NCBI GenBank assembly: GCA_963770565.1 | Contig: CAVYQE010000011.1 | Coordinates: forward strand, 896,001-960,000 | Source: an uncultured Actinomycetota bacterium | GTDB lineage: Bacteria; Actinomycetota; Actinomycetes; JAFAQI01 | DNA length: 64,000 nucleotides | Direction: 5' to 3' | Shown: positions 38,672-49,451 of the stretch, one piece after another | Layout of the letters: the number at the start of each line of letters is the position of its first letter | How positions within the stretch are numbered: the stretch's first letter is position 1 | Translations under genes and position numbers: made by a program | Notes under the pieces: model-generated | Seen by the model: the letters and a program-made list of their open reading frames with translations, nothing else | Told to the model about the DNA's origin: nothing | The model's database searches: none

Positions 38672-39235
38672 ATGGGTCCCGAGCGCTCGACTGGGAGAAA
38701 CACGCGAGACCGTTCCCGTTATCAACGCGGAGCGGTCGCGAGTCGCACGGCTGTCGGCGTCGCGGTTGTCGGGCTCCTCGCCTTGGCCATCGGTGCCATC
38801 ATCGTCATCAACCACCAGCGCAGCCATCAGAGCGCCACATCGATCGACCTCTCGCAAGTTCTCGGCGCGCAGAACGGTCCCACGCCGGCGCCGACCTCGC
38901 TGGAGCCGTACCTCGACCCGGATCTCGGAATCCGCCTCAGCGTGGCGGACCAGGCCGTTCGCAGTGACTTGCGCCTTGCGGCGACCGGCGAGGAGACGTA
39001 CTTCACGCTGCACAACGAGTACACGACCTCGATCGCCCAGCTCGAGACGGAGGGGTACGTGGCCTCCCCGCCGACCATGTATGCACCGGGGAGTCCGACT
39101 GTCGTGCCGCAGGCGTTCGGGGGAGCCGGTTTTTGCCTCTCCGCCACATCCGCGACCGGCAAGGTCTGGTTCTACGACAGCAAGCGCGGCGGCATGCAGC
39201 CGCCGGCGCCCACTTACACCTGCTCGCTGGCATAG
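38672..39235 (+). CDS. Membrane-anchored pilin-like protein
   Basis: QRG followed by a hydrophobic helix; DQAVRSDLRLAATGEETYF...FCLSATSATGKVWFYDS..GG. Confidence 0.6.
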   Translation: MGPERSTGRNTRDRSRYQRGAVASRTAVGVAVVGLLALAIGAIIVINHQRSHQSATSIDLSQVLGAQNGPTPAPTSLEPYLDPDLGIRLSVADQAVRSDLRLAATGEETYFTLHNEYTTSIAQLETEGYVASPPTMYAPGSPTVVPQAFGGAGFCLSATSATGKVWFYDSKRGGMQPPAPTYTCSLA

Positions 39236-39352
39236 CCAAGATCGAGCCGGACCGCCGCTGTCATTCGGTGATGCGGTATCGCGCGGGTCGGGGTTCGCCG
39301 TACCCTTCGCGTGCGACCTGCCTACCAGCCGGGGGAGTGACCGTTGATCGAG

Positions 39353-39838
39353 ATGCACCTCGGCGACGACGAGTACGACGACGACGAGGTCGGCGACTAC
39401 CCGATCGGCTCCGCGCGCGGGCGGCTGTTCTGGTCGATGGTGTGGTCGACGCCCTCGCTCGCGATCGCGTCACTGCTACTCGGGTTCGCTTCGCTGACCA
39501 TCATTCAGGCGGCCGACGAAATCGGTGACACGGCCCTGTTCGGCTCGCACAGCCGCAATCCGTCGAACCTGGTGCAGCTTCGAGTCACAGCCGGGGTACG
39601 GCTGGTGATCGCGTTGATCGCGCTGGGCCTGGCGCTCACCGGCGCCACCCGCCTTCTCGCGGGTTACACCGACGCCGCAGCCGCGGACGAGCCAGCGCCG
39701 GAGTCGACCGAGCCGCAGTGGGTCCGGGCGGTCGTTGGTGCGGCGTTCCTCATTGCACTGATCGCGGCGTTGGTCAACGTCGTCGCGCTGATCTACGCGC
39801 TCCAGGCATCAACGCCGTCGGGAAGCCCGTTCGGCTAG
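39353..39838 (+). CDS. Hypothetical three-TM membrane protein
   Basis: Acidic N-terminus and three hydrophobic segments. Confidence 0.75.
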   Translation: MHLGDDEYDDDEVGDYPIGSARGRLFWSMVWSTPSLAIASLLLGFASLTIIQAADEIGDTALFGSHSRNPSNLVQLRVTAGVRLVIALIALGLALTGATRLLAGYTDAAAADEPAPESTEPQWVRAVVGAAFLIALIAALVNVVALIYALQASTPSGSPFG

Positions 39839-40694
39839 CTGTCGCGCAGCGCCTTGAGCAAGGCGATGTCACGGGCCTGACCGTCGATTCCCCCGGGCGT
39901 CTCGACGATGACCGGCACACCACGCGTGGCCGGATGGCGGAACAGCTCGGCAAACGGGTCCGCCCCGATCAGCCCTGCGCCGATCGTCGCGTGCCGATCC
40001 CGCTTGGAGCCCAGGCGGTCCTTGGAATCGTTGGCGTGCACCAGTTTCAGCCGTCCTCGGCCGACCGCGCGAACCAGCGCGTTGAGCATCGTGCGCACCC
40101 CGCCGGGTACGGCGAGATCGTGCCCGGCGGCGATACGCGTGACAGGTGTCGAGGCACACACCGAGCCGCGGGTGGGACTCAAGGGCGGCGAAAAGCGGCT
40201 CGAGGTCGTCGACGGTTGCCGCAATCGGCTGACCGCCACCCGCGGACGGTTCGATCAGCAGATCGGGGTCGTCGTCGCCGAGCGAGTCGAGGATCGGCAA
40301 CAGCAACTCGCGGGTCGCGGCGAGCCCGCGGTCGCGATTCGCGGCAGTCGATCGCCGCGCCGGCATGCAGCACTACACCATGCGCGCCGAGCAGTGCGCC
40401 GCGCGCCACCGAGTGCCGGATCGCCTCGACCGATCGCGCTCTCGTCACAGCGGTCGGCGAGGCGAGGTTGACCAGGTACGGCGCATGAACGAAGACCGGA
40501 AGCCGTTGCTGGGCGCAGCGTTCGGCGAACGTCGCGTCAGCGGTGAAGGTCGGTTTGGGTTGCGCCCAGCCGCGGGGATTCGATGCGAACACCTGGATCG
40601 CCTCGGCGCCGGCCCGCTCCGCATACGTCAGTCCGGACGGGCTTCCGGACAGCGGGATGTGGCAGCCGATCGGCGACGGCTTGCGCGGGGGCAC
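39835..40694 (-). CDS. nfo: Endonuclease IV; two apparent +1 frameshifts
   Basis: QVFASNPRGW, HAPYLVN, CLDTCH, HANDSK..DRH, VETP spread over three frames (shifts near 40346 and 40132). Confidence 0.92.
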
Positions 40695-40700
40695 CGCCTA

Positions 40701-42566
40701 CTAGTACCAGTTGAGGACGATCGTCGTACCACGAGGTTGCGGATTGCTCGGGCTGTAGGCGAAGACCTGGCCCGGGCCGCCGGGCAGGAACTCCTTGGGA
40801 TCGGCGTGGAATCCGGCCTCGGTGATCGCTTTGATCGCGTCGGCGAGCGAGTCGCCCCGCACATTGGGCACCGGGAACAGCTTGGGCCCGCGGGAGATCA
40901 CGATCGTGACGGTCGAGCCCTTCACCGCCTGGGCCCCCGGCTTGGGGTTGGAGGAGATCACGTCGCCCTGCTGGACGGTGTTGTTGAAGGCCTGCTTCGC
41001 GTCGATCTGGAAGTTCGCAGCTCTCAGCGCCCTCCGGGCATCGGCGGCGGACATCTGGGTGTCCGGTGGAACGGTGACCATCTGCTGGCCGCGGCTGACG
41101 ATCAGCGTGACGCTCGAACCGGCGTCGACCGTCTCGCCGGCCTTCGGGAAGGTCGCGATCACCTCGCCCTTCGGCAGCGCGTTGTAGCGAGGGTTGGTCC
41201 CGCTGACCTGGATCTGCTGGGCTGCGAGCGTCGCGGTGGCCTCGGTCACCGACATGGTCCGGACGGACGGCACCGGGTGGGTGACCGGACCGGAGGAGAG
41301 TTGGAGCGACACGGTGCCGCCGTGGACGATCCGGCCGTTCGGCGACTCGTTCGCCACCTCGCCGGCCGGAAACACGGCAGAGTGGATTGACGGCAGCCAC
41401 CGCGCGTGCAGTCCGGCCGCCTTCAGCTTCGCGGCCGCCTCAGTCCGGCTGAGGTGTAGGACGTTCGGCGCGCTGGTGTACCGGCCCTCCGCGAACCACC
41501 AGCCGGTGAGACCGGCCAGCAACGCGAGGACAGCGACGAGCGCGGTGACCACGAGCCCGCGCCGGCGGCGCCGCGGTCGCTTGCGCGGGGGAGCGACCGG
41601 TGGGCCGGGACGCCCGCGGCCGACCTGACGCGTCATGTCGTCCGGCCGGGCGCCGTTGGGCGGCATCACCAGCCGGGTCGTCGCCGTCGTCGGCAGGGCC
41701 GGCACGCTGTCGTGCAGGCCGAGCCGGTCGCGGACGTCGACCAGCGAGGAGTGGAACTCGCCGGCGTTCGCCGGCCGCTCGCGCGGGTCGCGTGAGGCCG
41801 CCCAGGTGACCAGCGCGTCGAGCTGCGGCGGGATGCCGGGCACCCGGCTGCTGGGCGCGGGGATGTCCTGGTTGGCGTGCTTCTTCAGCAACGCATACGC
41901 ACTGTCGGCCTCGAACGGGGTGCTCCCGGTCAGTAGCTCGAAGAGCATGATCCCGGCCGAGTAGACGTCGGAGCGGGCATCGGCGTGCCCGAGCTCGAAC
42001 TGCTCCGGGGCGAGGTACGCCGCGGTGCCCAGCAGCACCGACCCGGTAGTTGTGACCGTGGTGCCGGCGACCGCGCGGGCGAGCCCGAAGTCGGCGACCT
42101 TGACCCGGCCGTCCGCAGTGACCAGCACGTTCTCCGGCTTGACGTCGCGGTGCACGAGTCCGGCGGCGTGGGCCGCGGCGAGCGCGGACAGCACATGGTC
42201 CATGACCGCGAGTGCCTCGCCGGGCGTCAGCCGGCCCCGGTCGCGGACCACGGCGCGCAGGTTGGCGCCGGGCACGAACTCCATGACGAGGTAGGCCCGG
42301 CCCGAATCGGTGCCCTGGTCGTAGACCGCGACCACGTCCGGGTTGGACAGCCGGGCCGCTGAGCGGGCTTCACGCTCGAACCGGGCGACCGTCTCCGGGT
42401 CGTCGGACAGGTGCGCGTGCATGACCTTGACGGCGACCCGGCGGTCGAGCCGGGTGTCGGTGGCGAGGTAGACAGATGCCATCCCGCCGTGGGCGATGAA
42501 CGCCTCGACGGCGTATCGGCCTTCGAGCAGCCGACCGACCATCGGGTCGCTCAGCGTCGTGTCCAT
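40701..42566 (-). CDS. Ser/Thr protein kinase with PASTA domains (PknL-like locus)
   Basis: HRDVKPEN, DFG, APE, TM, repeated PASTA units. Confidence 0.96.
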   Translation of the reverse strand: MDTTLSDPMVGRLLEGRYAVEAFIAHGGMASVYLATDTRLDRRVAVKVMHAHLSDDPETVARFEREARSAARLSNPDVVAVYDQGTDSGRAYLVMEFVPGANLRAVVRDRGRLTPGEALAVMDHVLSALAAAHAAGLVHRDVKPENVLVTADGRVKVADFGLARAVAGTTVTTTGSVLLGTAAYLAPEQFELGHADARSDVYSAGIMLFELLTGSTPFEADSAYALLKKHANQDIPAPSSRVPGIPPQLDALVTWAASRDPRERPANAGEFHSSLVDVRDRLGLHDSVPALPTTATTRLVMPPNGARPDDMTRQVGRGRPGPPVAPPRKRPRRRRRGLVVTALVAVLALLAGLTGWWFAEGRYTSAPNVLHLSRTEAAAKLKAAGLHARWLPSIHSAVFPAGEVANESPNGRIVHGGTVSLQLSSGPVTHPVPSVRTMSVTEATATLAAQQIQVSGTNPRYNALPKGEVIATFPKAGETVDAGSSVTLIVSRGQQMVTVPPDTQMSAADARRALRAANFQIDAKQAFNNTVQQGDVISSNPKPGAQAVKGSTVTIVISRGPKLFPVPNVRGDSLADAIKAITEAGFHADPKEFLPGGPGQVFAYSPSNPQPRGTTIVLNWY

Positions 42567-42641
42567 TACCACGAGTCTAAGTCGCGCATCGGAGCCGTCC
42601 GGTGAAGCCGGACCGTACGGGCGGGCGCCGGTTTCGGCCCA

Positions 42642-43520
42642 TTACCGATACGTCTGGCGCAGCGACATCACGTCCGCGACGTACTGCTTGGTCGACGGAT
42701 ACATGCCGTGGTCGATCACCGACTGCAGCCCCTGGTAGTAGCCCGCGACCGCCTGCGAGGTGGAGCTGGCCTCGTGGGTGAGCATCGAGAGCAGGGCGAC
42801 ACCCGCGGTGACGTTGTCGCCCGCGTTGCCGAGGTCGAGCGAACGGTGCACCACGTCCGCGGAGATGAAGCTGCCGGTGGCCGGCATCACCTGCATCGCG
42901 CCGACTGCGCCGACCGGCGACATCTCGCGCATGTTCCAGCCGGACTCCTGCCACGAGACGGCGAGTGCGAGGGACGGATCGAGCCCCCAGCGTGCGGAGG
43001 TCGAGCGGATCAGCGCGGCGACTCCGTCGCGGGAAGGCTCCGGCCGGTCGGCCAGTGATCCGAGCGGGGTCGAAGGCCGGTTTTGGCTTCCCTGCTGGGG
43101 AATTGCCAGCCTGGTCCCGAGTACGACGATGAGCGACCGAGGCAGGTGGTTGCGCTTCGCGATCGTTATCGGGTTGACGTGATACCGGGCGGCGATCCCG
43201 TCGAGGGTGTCGCCGGGAACGACCAGGTGGTAGACGGTTCGAGCGCCTGCGGAGCTTGCCGCACCGGAGATCTTGAGCTCCTGGCCGGCGTAGATCAGGT
43301 CCCCGTCGCCGGGGAGGTGGTTGAGCGCGACCAGGCGAGCGACGGTCGTGTGGTAGCGCAGGGCGATCGCGGAGAGCGTGTCGCCGGGGTGCACCCGGAT
43401 CAGCGCGATGCCCGAGGTCGACCCGGTCAACACGGCCGCGAGAGCCACCGGTACGGCGATCGCGCGGCGCCGCCAGACCGGGGCGATCAGTCGTCGCGCC
43501 AACGGGCCGGAGACGGTCAT
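42642..43520 (-). CDS. Two-LysM lytic transglycosylase
   Basis: Two PGDTL..IA LysM repeats; WQESGW, GAVGAMQVMP. Confidence 0.92.
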   Translation of the reverse strand: MTVSGPLARRLIAPVWRRRAIAVPVALAAVLTGSTSGIALIRVHPGDTLSAIALRYHTTVARLVALNHLPGDGDLIYAGQELKISGAASSAGARTVYHLVVPGDTLDGIAARYHVNPITIAKRNHLPRSLIVVLGTRLAIPQQGSQNRPSTPLGSLADRPEPSRDGVAALIRSTSARWGLDPSLALAVSWQESGWNMREMSPVGAVGAMQVMPATGSFISADVVHRSLDLGNAGDNVTAGVALLSMLTHEASSTSQAVAGYYQGLQSVIDHGMYPSTKQYVADVMSLRQTYR

Positions 43521-43542
43521 GGTCGGCCACGCTAGTCCGCTT

Positions 43543-43585
43543 GTGACGCATGTGACAAGAGAGACGGATGTTACAGATGGGTTAC
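43543..43585. promoter_or_regulatory. GTGAC/GTTAC direct-repeat array (MtrA-like)
   Basis: GTGAC 43543, GTGAC 43552, GAGAC 43561, GTTAC 43570, GTTAC 43581. Confidence 0.6.
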
Positions 43586-43601
43586 CTGGCAGAATCCGGC
43601 T

Positions 43602-44600
43602 ATGGCCGAACCCTGGACCCTGCTCGCGCTCGCGCCACTCGACCTGGCCGGGTTCGAAAGTCTGTTCGCCGGGCTCCCGGTGCGGGTCGTCGTGCCGGCC
43701 GCGCGCACCCCTGCCGGCGTGCTGGCGGTGGCGGCACCGGCCGAGATCGTGGTGGGGAGCTGGAACCATGACTTGGACGTCTCGGCCGAACTGTTGGCGG
43801 CGGCGCCGCGGGTGGCGTTCGTCCAGCAGCCGAGCTCGGGCGTGGATTGCGTCGATCTCGACGCCTGCCGGTCGGCCGGCGTACCGGTGGCCAACACCGG
43901 CGAGGCCAACACCCGCAGCGTGGCCGAGTGGTGTGTCGCGGCCACCTTCGCGGTGACCCGCTCGCTGGCGTGGGCCGACCGGCAGATCCGGGCCGGCGGG
44001 TGGCCCCAGTTCGAGATCGCCCCGCGGGGTGGCGGCGAGCTCAGCGGGCGCCGGGTCGGGATCGTCGGGATGGGCTCGATCGGGCGCGAGTGTGCACGCC
44101 GCTTCGTCGCGTTGGGCTGCGACGTCGCGCACTGGAGCCGCACACGCCGCGACGCCGCGGACGCCGGGGGTGCGCGGTGGATGGAGTTCGACGAGCTGCT
44201 GCGGCACTCGCAGGTGCTGGTGGTCGTCATTGCGCTCACCCCGGAGACGCGCGGCCTGATCGGGGCCGCGGAGCTGGCCGCACTGCCGTCGGGCGCGTTC
44301 GTGATCAACGCCGCGCGCGGTGATCTCTTGTCGGAGGAGGCGTTGCTGGCCGCGATCACGTCCGGGTCGATCGCCGGCGGCGCGCTCGACGTCTATTCGA
44401 CCGAGCCGCTCCCGGCCGACTCACCACTGCGGTCCGAGGAGCGCCTGCTGCTCTCCCCGCACGCCGCGGCCGCGACGAATGAGGCGATGAGCAGCCTGAT
44501 CGGCAACGTCGTCAGCAACGTCCGCCGAGCGGTGTCCGGCGAGCCGGTCATCGACGTCGTCAACGGCGTCGAGCCGCTTATTCGGCGCCGGGAAGCCTGA
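43602..44600 (+). CDS. D-isomer-specific 2-hydroxyacid dehydrogenase
   Basis: GIVGMGSIG, INAARG, LDVY..EP, SPH. Confidence 0.93.
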   Translation: MAEPWTLLALAPLDLAGFESLFAGLPVRVVVPAARTPAGVLAVAAPAEIVVGSWNHDLDVSAELLAAAPRVAFVQQPSSGVDCVDLDACRSAGVPVANTGEANTRSVAEWCVAATFAVTRSLAWADRQIRAGGWPQFEIAPRGGGELSGRRVGIVGMGSIGRECARRFVALGCDVAHWSRTRRDAADAGGARWMEFDELLRHSQVLVVVIALTPETRGLIGAAELAALPSGAFVINAARGDLLSEEALLAAITSGSIAGGALDVYSTEPLPADSPLRSEERLLLSPHAAAATNEAMSSLIGNVVSNVRRAVSGEPVIDVVNGVEPLIRRREA

Positions 44601-45459
44601 CCTCGACCTCGCCGTCGACCACCCGGGTTTCGAATCGCGGCATCGGGGCGGTGGCCGGACCGTGGACGACCCCGCCGTCGGAGAGCCGGAACGTCGAACC
44701 GTGCCACGGGCAGACCACGCAGCCCTGGCCGTCCTTTGCGGTGAAGGTGCCCTCCGAGAGCGGTGCACCGAGGTGGGAACAGGTATCGGCGAGGACGTCG
44801 ACGTGTCCGCCGCGCCGGACCGCGACCAGGCCGATGCCATCGACCGATCGCTTCACCAGCTCGGCGTCCGGCAGGTCGTCGAGCCGGCCGATGCCGTGCC
44901 AGCCGTCGGGAAACACCTCGTTGACCGCTTCGGCATGGTTGACCCCGGCGGCCTGCCGGAAGGCCAGGTGCCCGCCGAGGTAGCCGGTCGCGGTCACCAT
45001 CGCGAAGCCGGCGTACGCCCAGGCCTTGCCGCGGAGCCGCCGGCCGCGCGCGCGAGCCGACAGCGACGCGACGTAGCAGGTGAAGGCGACCGCGCCGCTC
45101 GCGGCGTGCACCAGGCCGACCCGTTGCTGCCGTTCGGTGAGCTCGGCCCAGTCGGCCCAGCCGGCCAGGATGGTCGGGACGTAGCCGACGCAGCCGGCGG
45201 CGATCAGGGTGGTGGCGGCCTTGCCGGTGCCCGGGATTGCGTCGAGAACGGCGGCCGAGGTCCAGGTGCCGATCGGGATGTCGGTCAGCGGCGGGTGCAA
45301 CGGGTGACCGATCCATACGCCGTGCAGCGCATCCCGGACCGACTGGCGCCCCAACGCGGCTTGCACGACCTTGCGGACCACCGTGACGGCCGGATCGAGG
45401 GTCCCGGCGTGCTCCAGCCGGTCGACGACGTCGGTCACTCCGCTGGTGTTGACGGGCAT
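44578..45459 (-). CDS. DUF2231 membrane domain plus Rieske 2Fe-2S protein
   Basis: GHPLHP..TDIPIG; CSHLG...CPWHGS. Confidence 0.92.
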   Translation of the reverse strand: MPVNTSGVTDVVDRLEHAGTLDPAVTVVRKVVQAALGRQSVRDALHGVWIGHPLHPPLTDIPIGTWTSAAVLDAIPGTGKAATTLIAAGCVGYVPTILAGWADWAELTERQQRVGLVHAASGAVAFTCYVASLSARARGRRLRGKAWAYAGFAMVTATGYLGGHLAFRQAAGVNHAEAVNEVFPDGWHGIGRLDDLPDAELVKRSVDGIGLVAVRRGGHVDVLADTCSHLGAPLSEGTFTAKDGQGCVVCPWHGSTFRLSDGGVVHGPATAPMPRFETRVVDGEVEVRLPGAE

Positions 45460-45563
45460 CGGCTTACTCCTCGATCGACAGGCGACGCTATCGCCTCACG
45501 TCTGATCAAACGCGCCCGCCTTGCCTCGGGTTCATCCGGGGTCGCTCTGCTCCGTCGGGACGG

Positions 45564-46541
<978 letters not shown>

Positions 46542-46545
<4 letters not shown>

Positions 46546-47702
46546 GCGCGTGTCCCCGCGACCGCGAAGCGTCCTGGTGAAACGACATCGAGCAACTCGC
46601 GGTCCGCGTCGGTGGTCGAGCCGGTCACCATCGCCGCGACCAGGTCGGCGGTCAATGGCGCGAGCAGTACGCCGTTGCGGAAGTGACCGGTCGCGACGAT
46701 CAGTCCCTTGGTCGCGGTCGGTCCGATGATCGGGGTGTTGTCCGGGGAGCCGGGTCTCAGTGCCGCGGTGATCTCGGCCAGCTCGAGCTCGTCGATCGCC
46801 GGCATCACCGCGCGGGCGTCGCGGAGCAGTTCGCGGACCGCGCCGGCACGGGTCGTGGTGTCGAAACCGAGCTCCTCCACGGTCGCGCCGACGACCAGTT
46901 CACCGTCGGCCCTCGGCACCAGGTAGATCTCGTGGCCGTTGACCAGCCCACGGATGCAGTAGGTCGGCAGCAGGGCGGCCGAGCGGGCGCGGAGCCGGAG
47001 GATCTGGCCTTTCACCGGTCGCACCGGCGGTCGTTCGGCGGTCGGGATGCCGTCGATGTCGCCGGACCACGGGCCGGCCGCGAGAACGACGGTCGTCGCG
47101 TCGATTGCTTGGCCGTCGTCGAGGATCACCCCGGTTGCCATATCGCCCTTAGTGGTAATGGCCGCTACTCGCTCCCGGATCACTTCGACGCTGCTGGCTT
47201 CGAGGACGGCCAGCAACGCCGCGGCGATCCGTCGGTTGTCGACGGTCAGGTCGCTCCCGGCCAGCAACCCGCAGCGGACGTCGGGGCTCACCATCGGCTC
47301 GAGTTCGCGGCACTCACGCGAGGTCAGCATCGTGGCCGACAAACCGAGCCTGGTCTGGAAGGCATGCAGCTCGCCGAGCTCGGCCCGGTCACCGGCGTCG
47401 GTCGCGACGACCAGCATGCCCTCGCGCCGCAGGCCGACCTGGTGTCCGCTGGCCGACTCGAGCTCGGTCACAAAGTCCGGATAGCGGCGCAGCGACTCGA
47501 GACCGAAGCGGAGCAGCGGGGTTTCGCCGTACGAGACTTCGCTGATCGGCGCGAGCATCCCGGCCGCGGCGTGCGAGGCGCCACTCGCGGGCGCTGGATC
47601 GATGACGCAGACGCGAAGGTCGTGTTGGGCGAGTCGCCAGGCGCCGGCCAGCCCGATCAGGCCGCCGCCGATGACCGCGACGTCGACGACTCGCGTGCCC
47701 AT
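46542..47702 (-). CDS. thiO: Glycine oxidase
   Basis: GGGLIG, ASHAAAGML, PVKGQ, GHFRNG. Confidence 0.95.
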
Positions 47703-47711
47703 TTGCTGGCC

Positions 47712-47800
47712 TCCTGCTCCCTTCGCCGGCATGACCCGGATCAGGTTCAACGGTCGGTGGCCGCGCCACCCTCTCAGCCCTTGCGGACTCCCGTGCGGAC
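47712..47800 (-). ncRNA. TPP riboswitch
   Basis: Minus strand GGGAGTCC..GGGCTGAGAG...GACCGTTGAACCTGATCCGGGTCATGCCGGCGAAGGGAG directly before thiO. Confidence 0.96.
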
Positions 47801-47835
47801 TTCAGGGTACGCCCGGGTGCAACTACCCTGCAGTC

Positions 47836-48186
47836 GTGGATCTCGAGGATCTTGCGGCTAGCTGGCTGACCCTTCCCGACCTCGCCGAGCAGATCGGCGA
47901 ACCGCTGTCGAAGGTTCGCGACTGGGTCCGGGAGCGGCGGCTGGTCGTGATCGAGCGTGGTACGCCGCCGATCAAATGCGTGCCGGTCGAGTTTGTCCGC
48001 GACGGCGAGTTGGTCAAGGGCCTCTTCGGTGCGCTGACCGTCTTGGCCGACGCCGGCTACTCGCCGGCTGAAGCATTGCGGTGGCTACTGACCGACGAGC
48101 CGGCGTTGCCGGGCCGCCCGGTCGACCTGATGGCAGAGGGCCGCCATCACGCGGTCAAGCGCCGCGCCATGCTGTTGGCCTTCTGA
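47836..48186 (+). CDS. Rv2175c family DNA-binding protein
   Basis: [35 protein letters not shown]. Confidence 0.92.
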   Translation: MDLEDLAASWLTLPDLAEQIGEPLSKVRDWVRERRLVVIERGTPPIKCVPVEFVRDGELVKGLFGALTVLADAGYSPAEALRWLLTDEPALPGRPVDLMAEGRHHAVKRRAMLLAF

Positions 48187-48193
48187 CCGTTCG

Positions 48194-48841
48194 ATGACCG
48201 GCGCCGAACGACGTGCCCGGCTGGCTGCCGCTCGTCTCTACTTGTGTACGGATGCGCGGCGCCGACAGGGCGATCTGGCCGAGTTCCTCGATGCGGTGCT
48301 CGGCGCCGGGGTCGACATCGTGCAACTGCGCGAGAAAGGCATCGAGGCACGCGAGGAGATTGCCGTCGCCGAGGTCTTCGCGGCGGCGGCGCGTCGGCAC
48401 GGCGCGTTGTTCAGCATCAACGACCGTGCTGACGTGGCGTACGTCGTCGGACCGGATGTGCTGCACCTCGGGCAGGACGACCTGCCGGTCGATGCGGCGC
48501 GCGAGCTGCTGGGCGACGACATCGTGATCGGTCGTTCGACACATGGTGAGTCGGAGGTCGACGAGGCCCGCCGGCAGCCGGGGGTCGACTACTTCTGCGT
48601 CGGCCCGACCTGGCCGACCCCGACGAAACCCGGCCGGCCGGCACCCGGACTGCCGCTGTTGGAGCACGCCGCCGCAGGTGCGGGGGAGCGGCCGTGGTTC
48701 GCGATCGGTGGCATCGACGAGAGCACGCTCGATGCCGTGCTCGATGCCGGGGCGACGAGGGTCGTCGTGGTGCGCGCGATCACGGAGGCGGCCGATCCGG
48801 CTGCGGCGGCGGCATCCTTGGCGCGGCGGCTGCGCGGCTGA
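48194..48841 (+). CDS. thiE: Thiamine-phosphate synthase
   Basis: QLREK, INDRAD, HLGQDD, GRSTH, TPTKPG, AIGGI. Confidence 0.97.
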   Translation: MTGAERRARLAAARLYLCTDARRRQGDLAEFLDAVLGAGVDIVQLREKGIEAREEIAVAEVFAAAARRHGALFSINDRADVAYVVGPDVLHLGQDDLPVDAARELLGDDIVIGRSTHGESEVDEARRQPGVDYFCVGPTWPTPTKPGRPAPGLPLLEHAAAGAGERPWFAIGGIDESTLDAVLDAGATRVVVVRAITEAADPAAAAASLARRLRG

Positions 48842-49155
48842 TGCGCTACCTCGCGGTCATGCTCGGCTGCGTGGTGGTGACGCTGCCGCTCGAGCTGCGG
48901 TTGCACGCGCGGGTCTATCGGCGCTGGCGACGGTTGCTGCTCACCCTGGCCCCGGTGCTTGCGGTGTTCGTGACCTGGGACGTGCTCGCGATCCATGCGC
49001 ATGACTGGTCGTATCGCCATCTGACCGGACTGCGAATCGGTGACCTGCCGATCGAGGAGATCGCGTTCTTCGTCGTCGTGCCGACCTGCTCGCTGCTGAC
49101 GCTGGAGGCGGTGCGCCGGCTTCGCCCGTCATGGCGGGCCGGCGACGAGCAATGA
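48841..49155 (+). CDS. Heterodimeric lycopene cyclase subunit (CrtYc-like)
   Basis: FVTWD...LPIEEIAFF. Confidence 0.9.
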   Translation: MRYLAVMLGCVVVTLPLELRLHARVYRRWRRLLLTLAPVLAVFVTWDVLAIHAHDWSYRHLTGLRIGDLPIEEIAFFVVVPTCSLLTLEAVRRLRPSWRAGDEQ

Positions 49156-49451
49156 CCTACACACTGGCTGCCGTCCTCGGCGTCGGCTTCGCGGCCATCC
49201 TCGATCTGCTGGTGCTGCGGACGAACTTGTTGCGGCGCAAGGTGTTTTGGGCGTCGTACGCCGTGATCCTCGTCTTCCAGCTGCTCGTGAACGGCATCCT
49301 GACCGGGCAGCGACTCGTGGTGTATGCATCGGCGGACATCATCGGTTGGCGGGTCGCGTACGCGCCGGTCGAGGATCTGTTCTTCGGGTTCTCGCTGGTG
49401 TTGCAGACGTTGGCATGGTGGGTCTGGTGGGGCCGCCGGGGCGTCAGCTAG
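49152..49451 (+). CDS. Heterodimeric lycopene cyclase subunit (CrtYd-like)
   Basis: MTYT...NGILTG...APVEDLFFGF. Confidence 0.9.
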   Translation: MTYTLAAVLGVGFAAILDLLVLRTNLLRRKVFWASYAVILVFQLLVNGILTGQRLVVYASADIIGWRVAYAPVEDLFFGFSLVLQTLAWWVWWGRRGVS

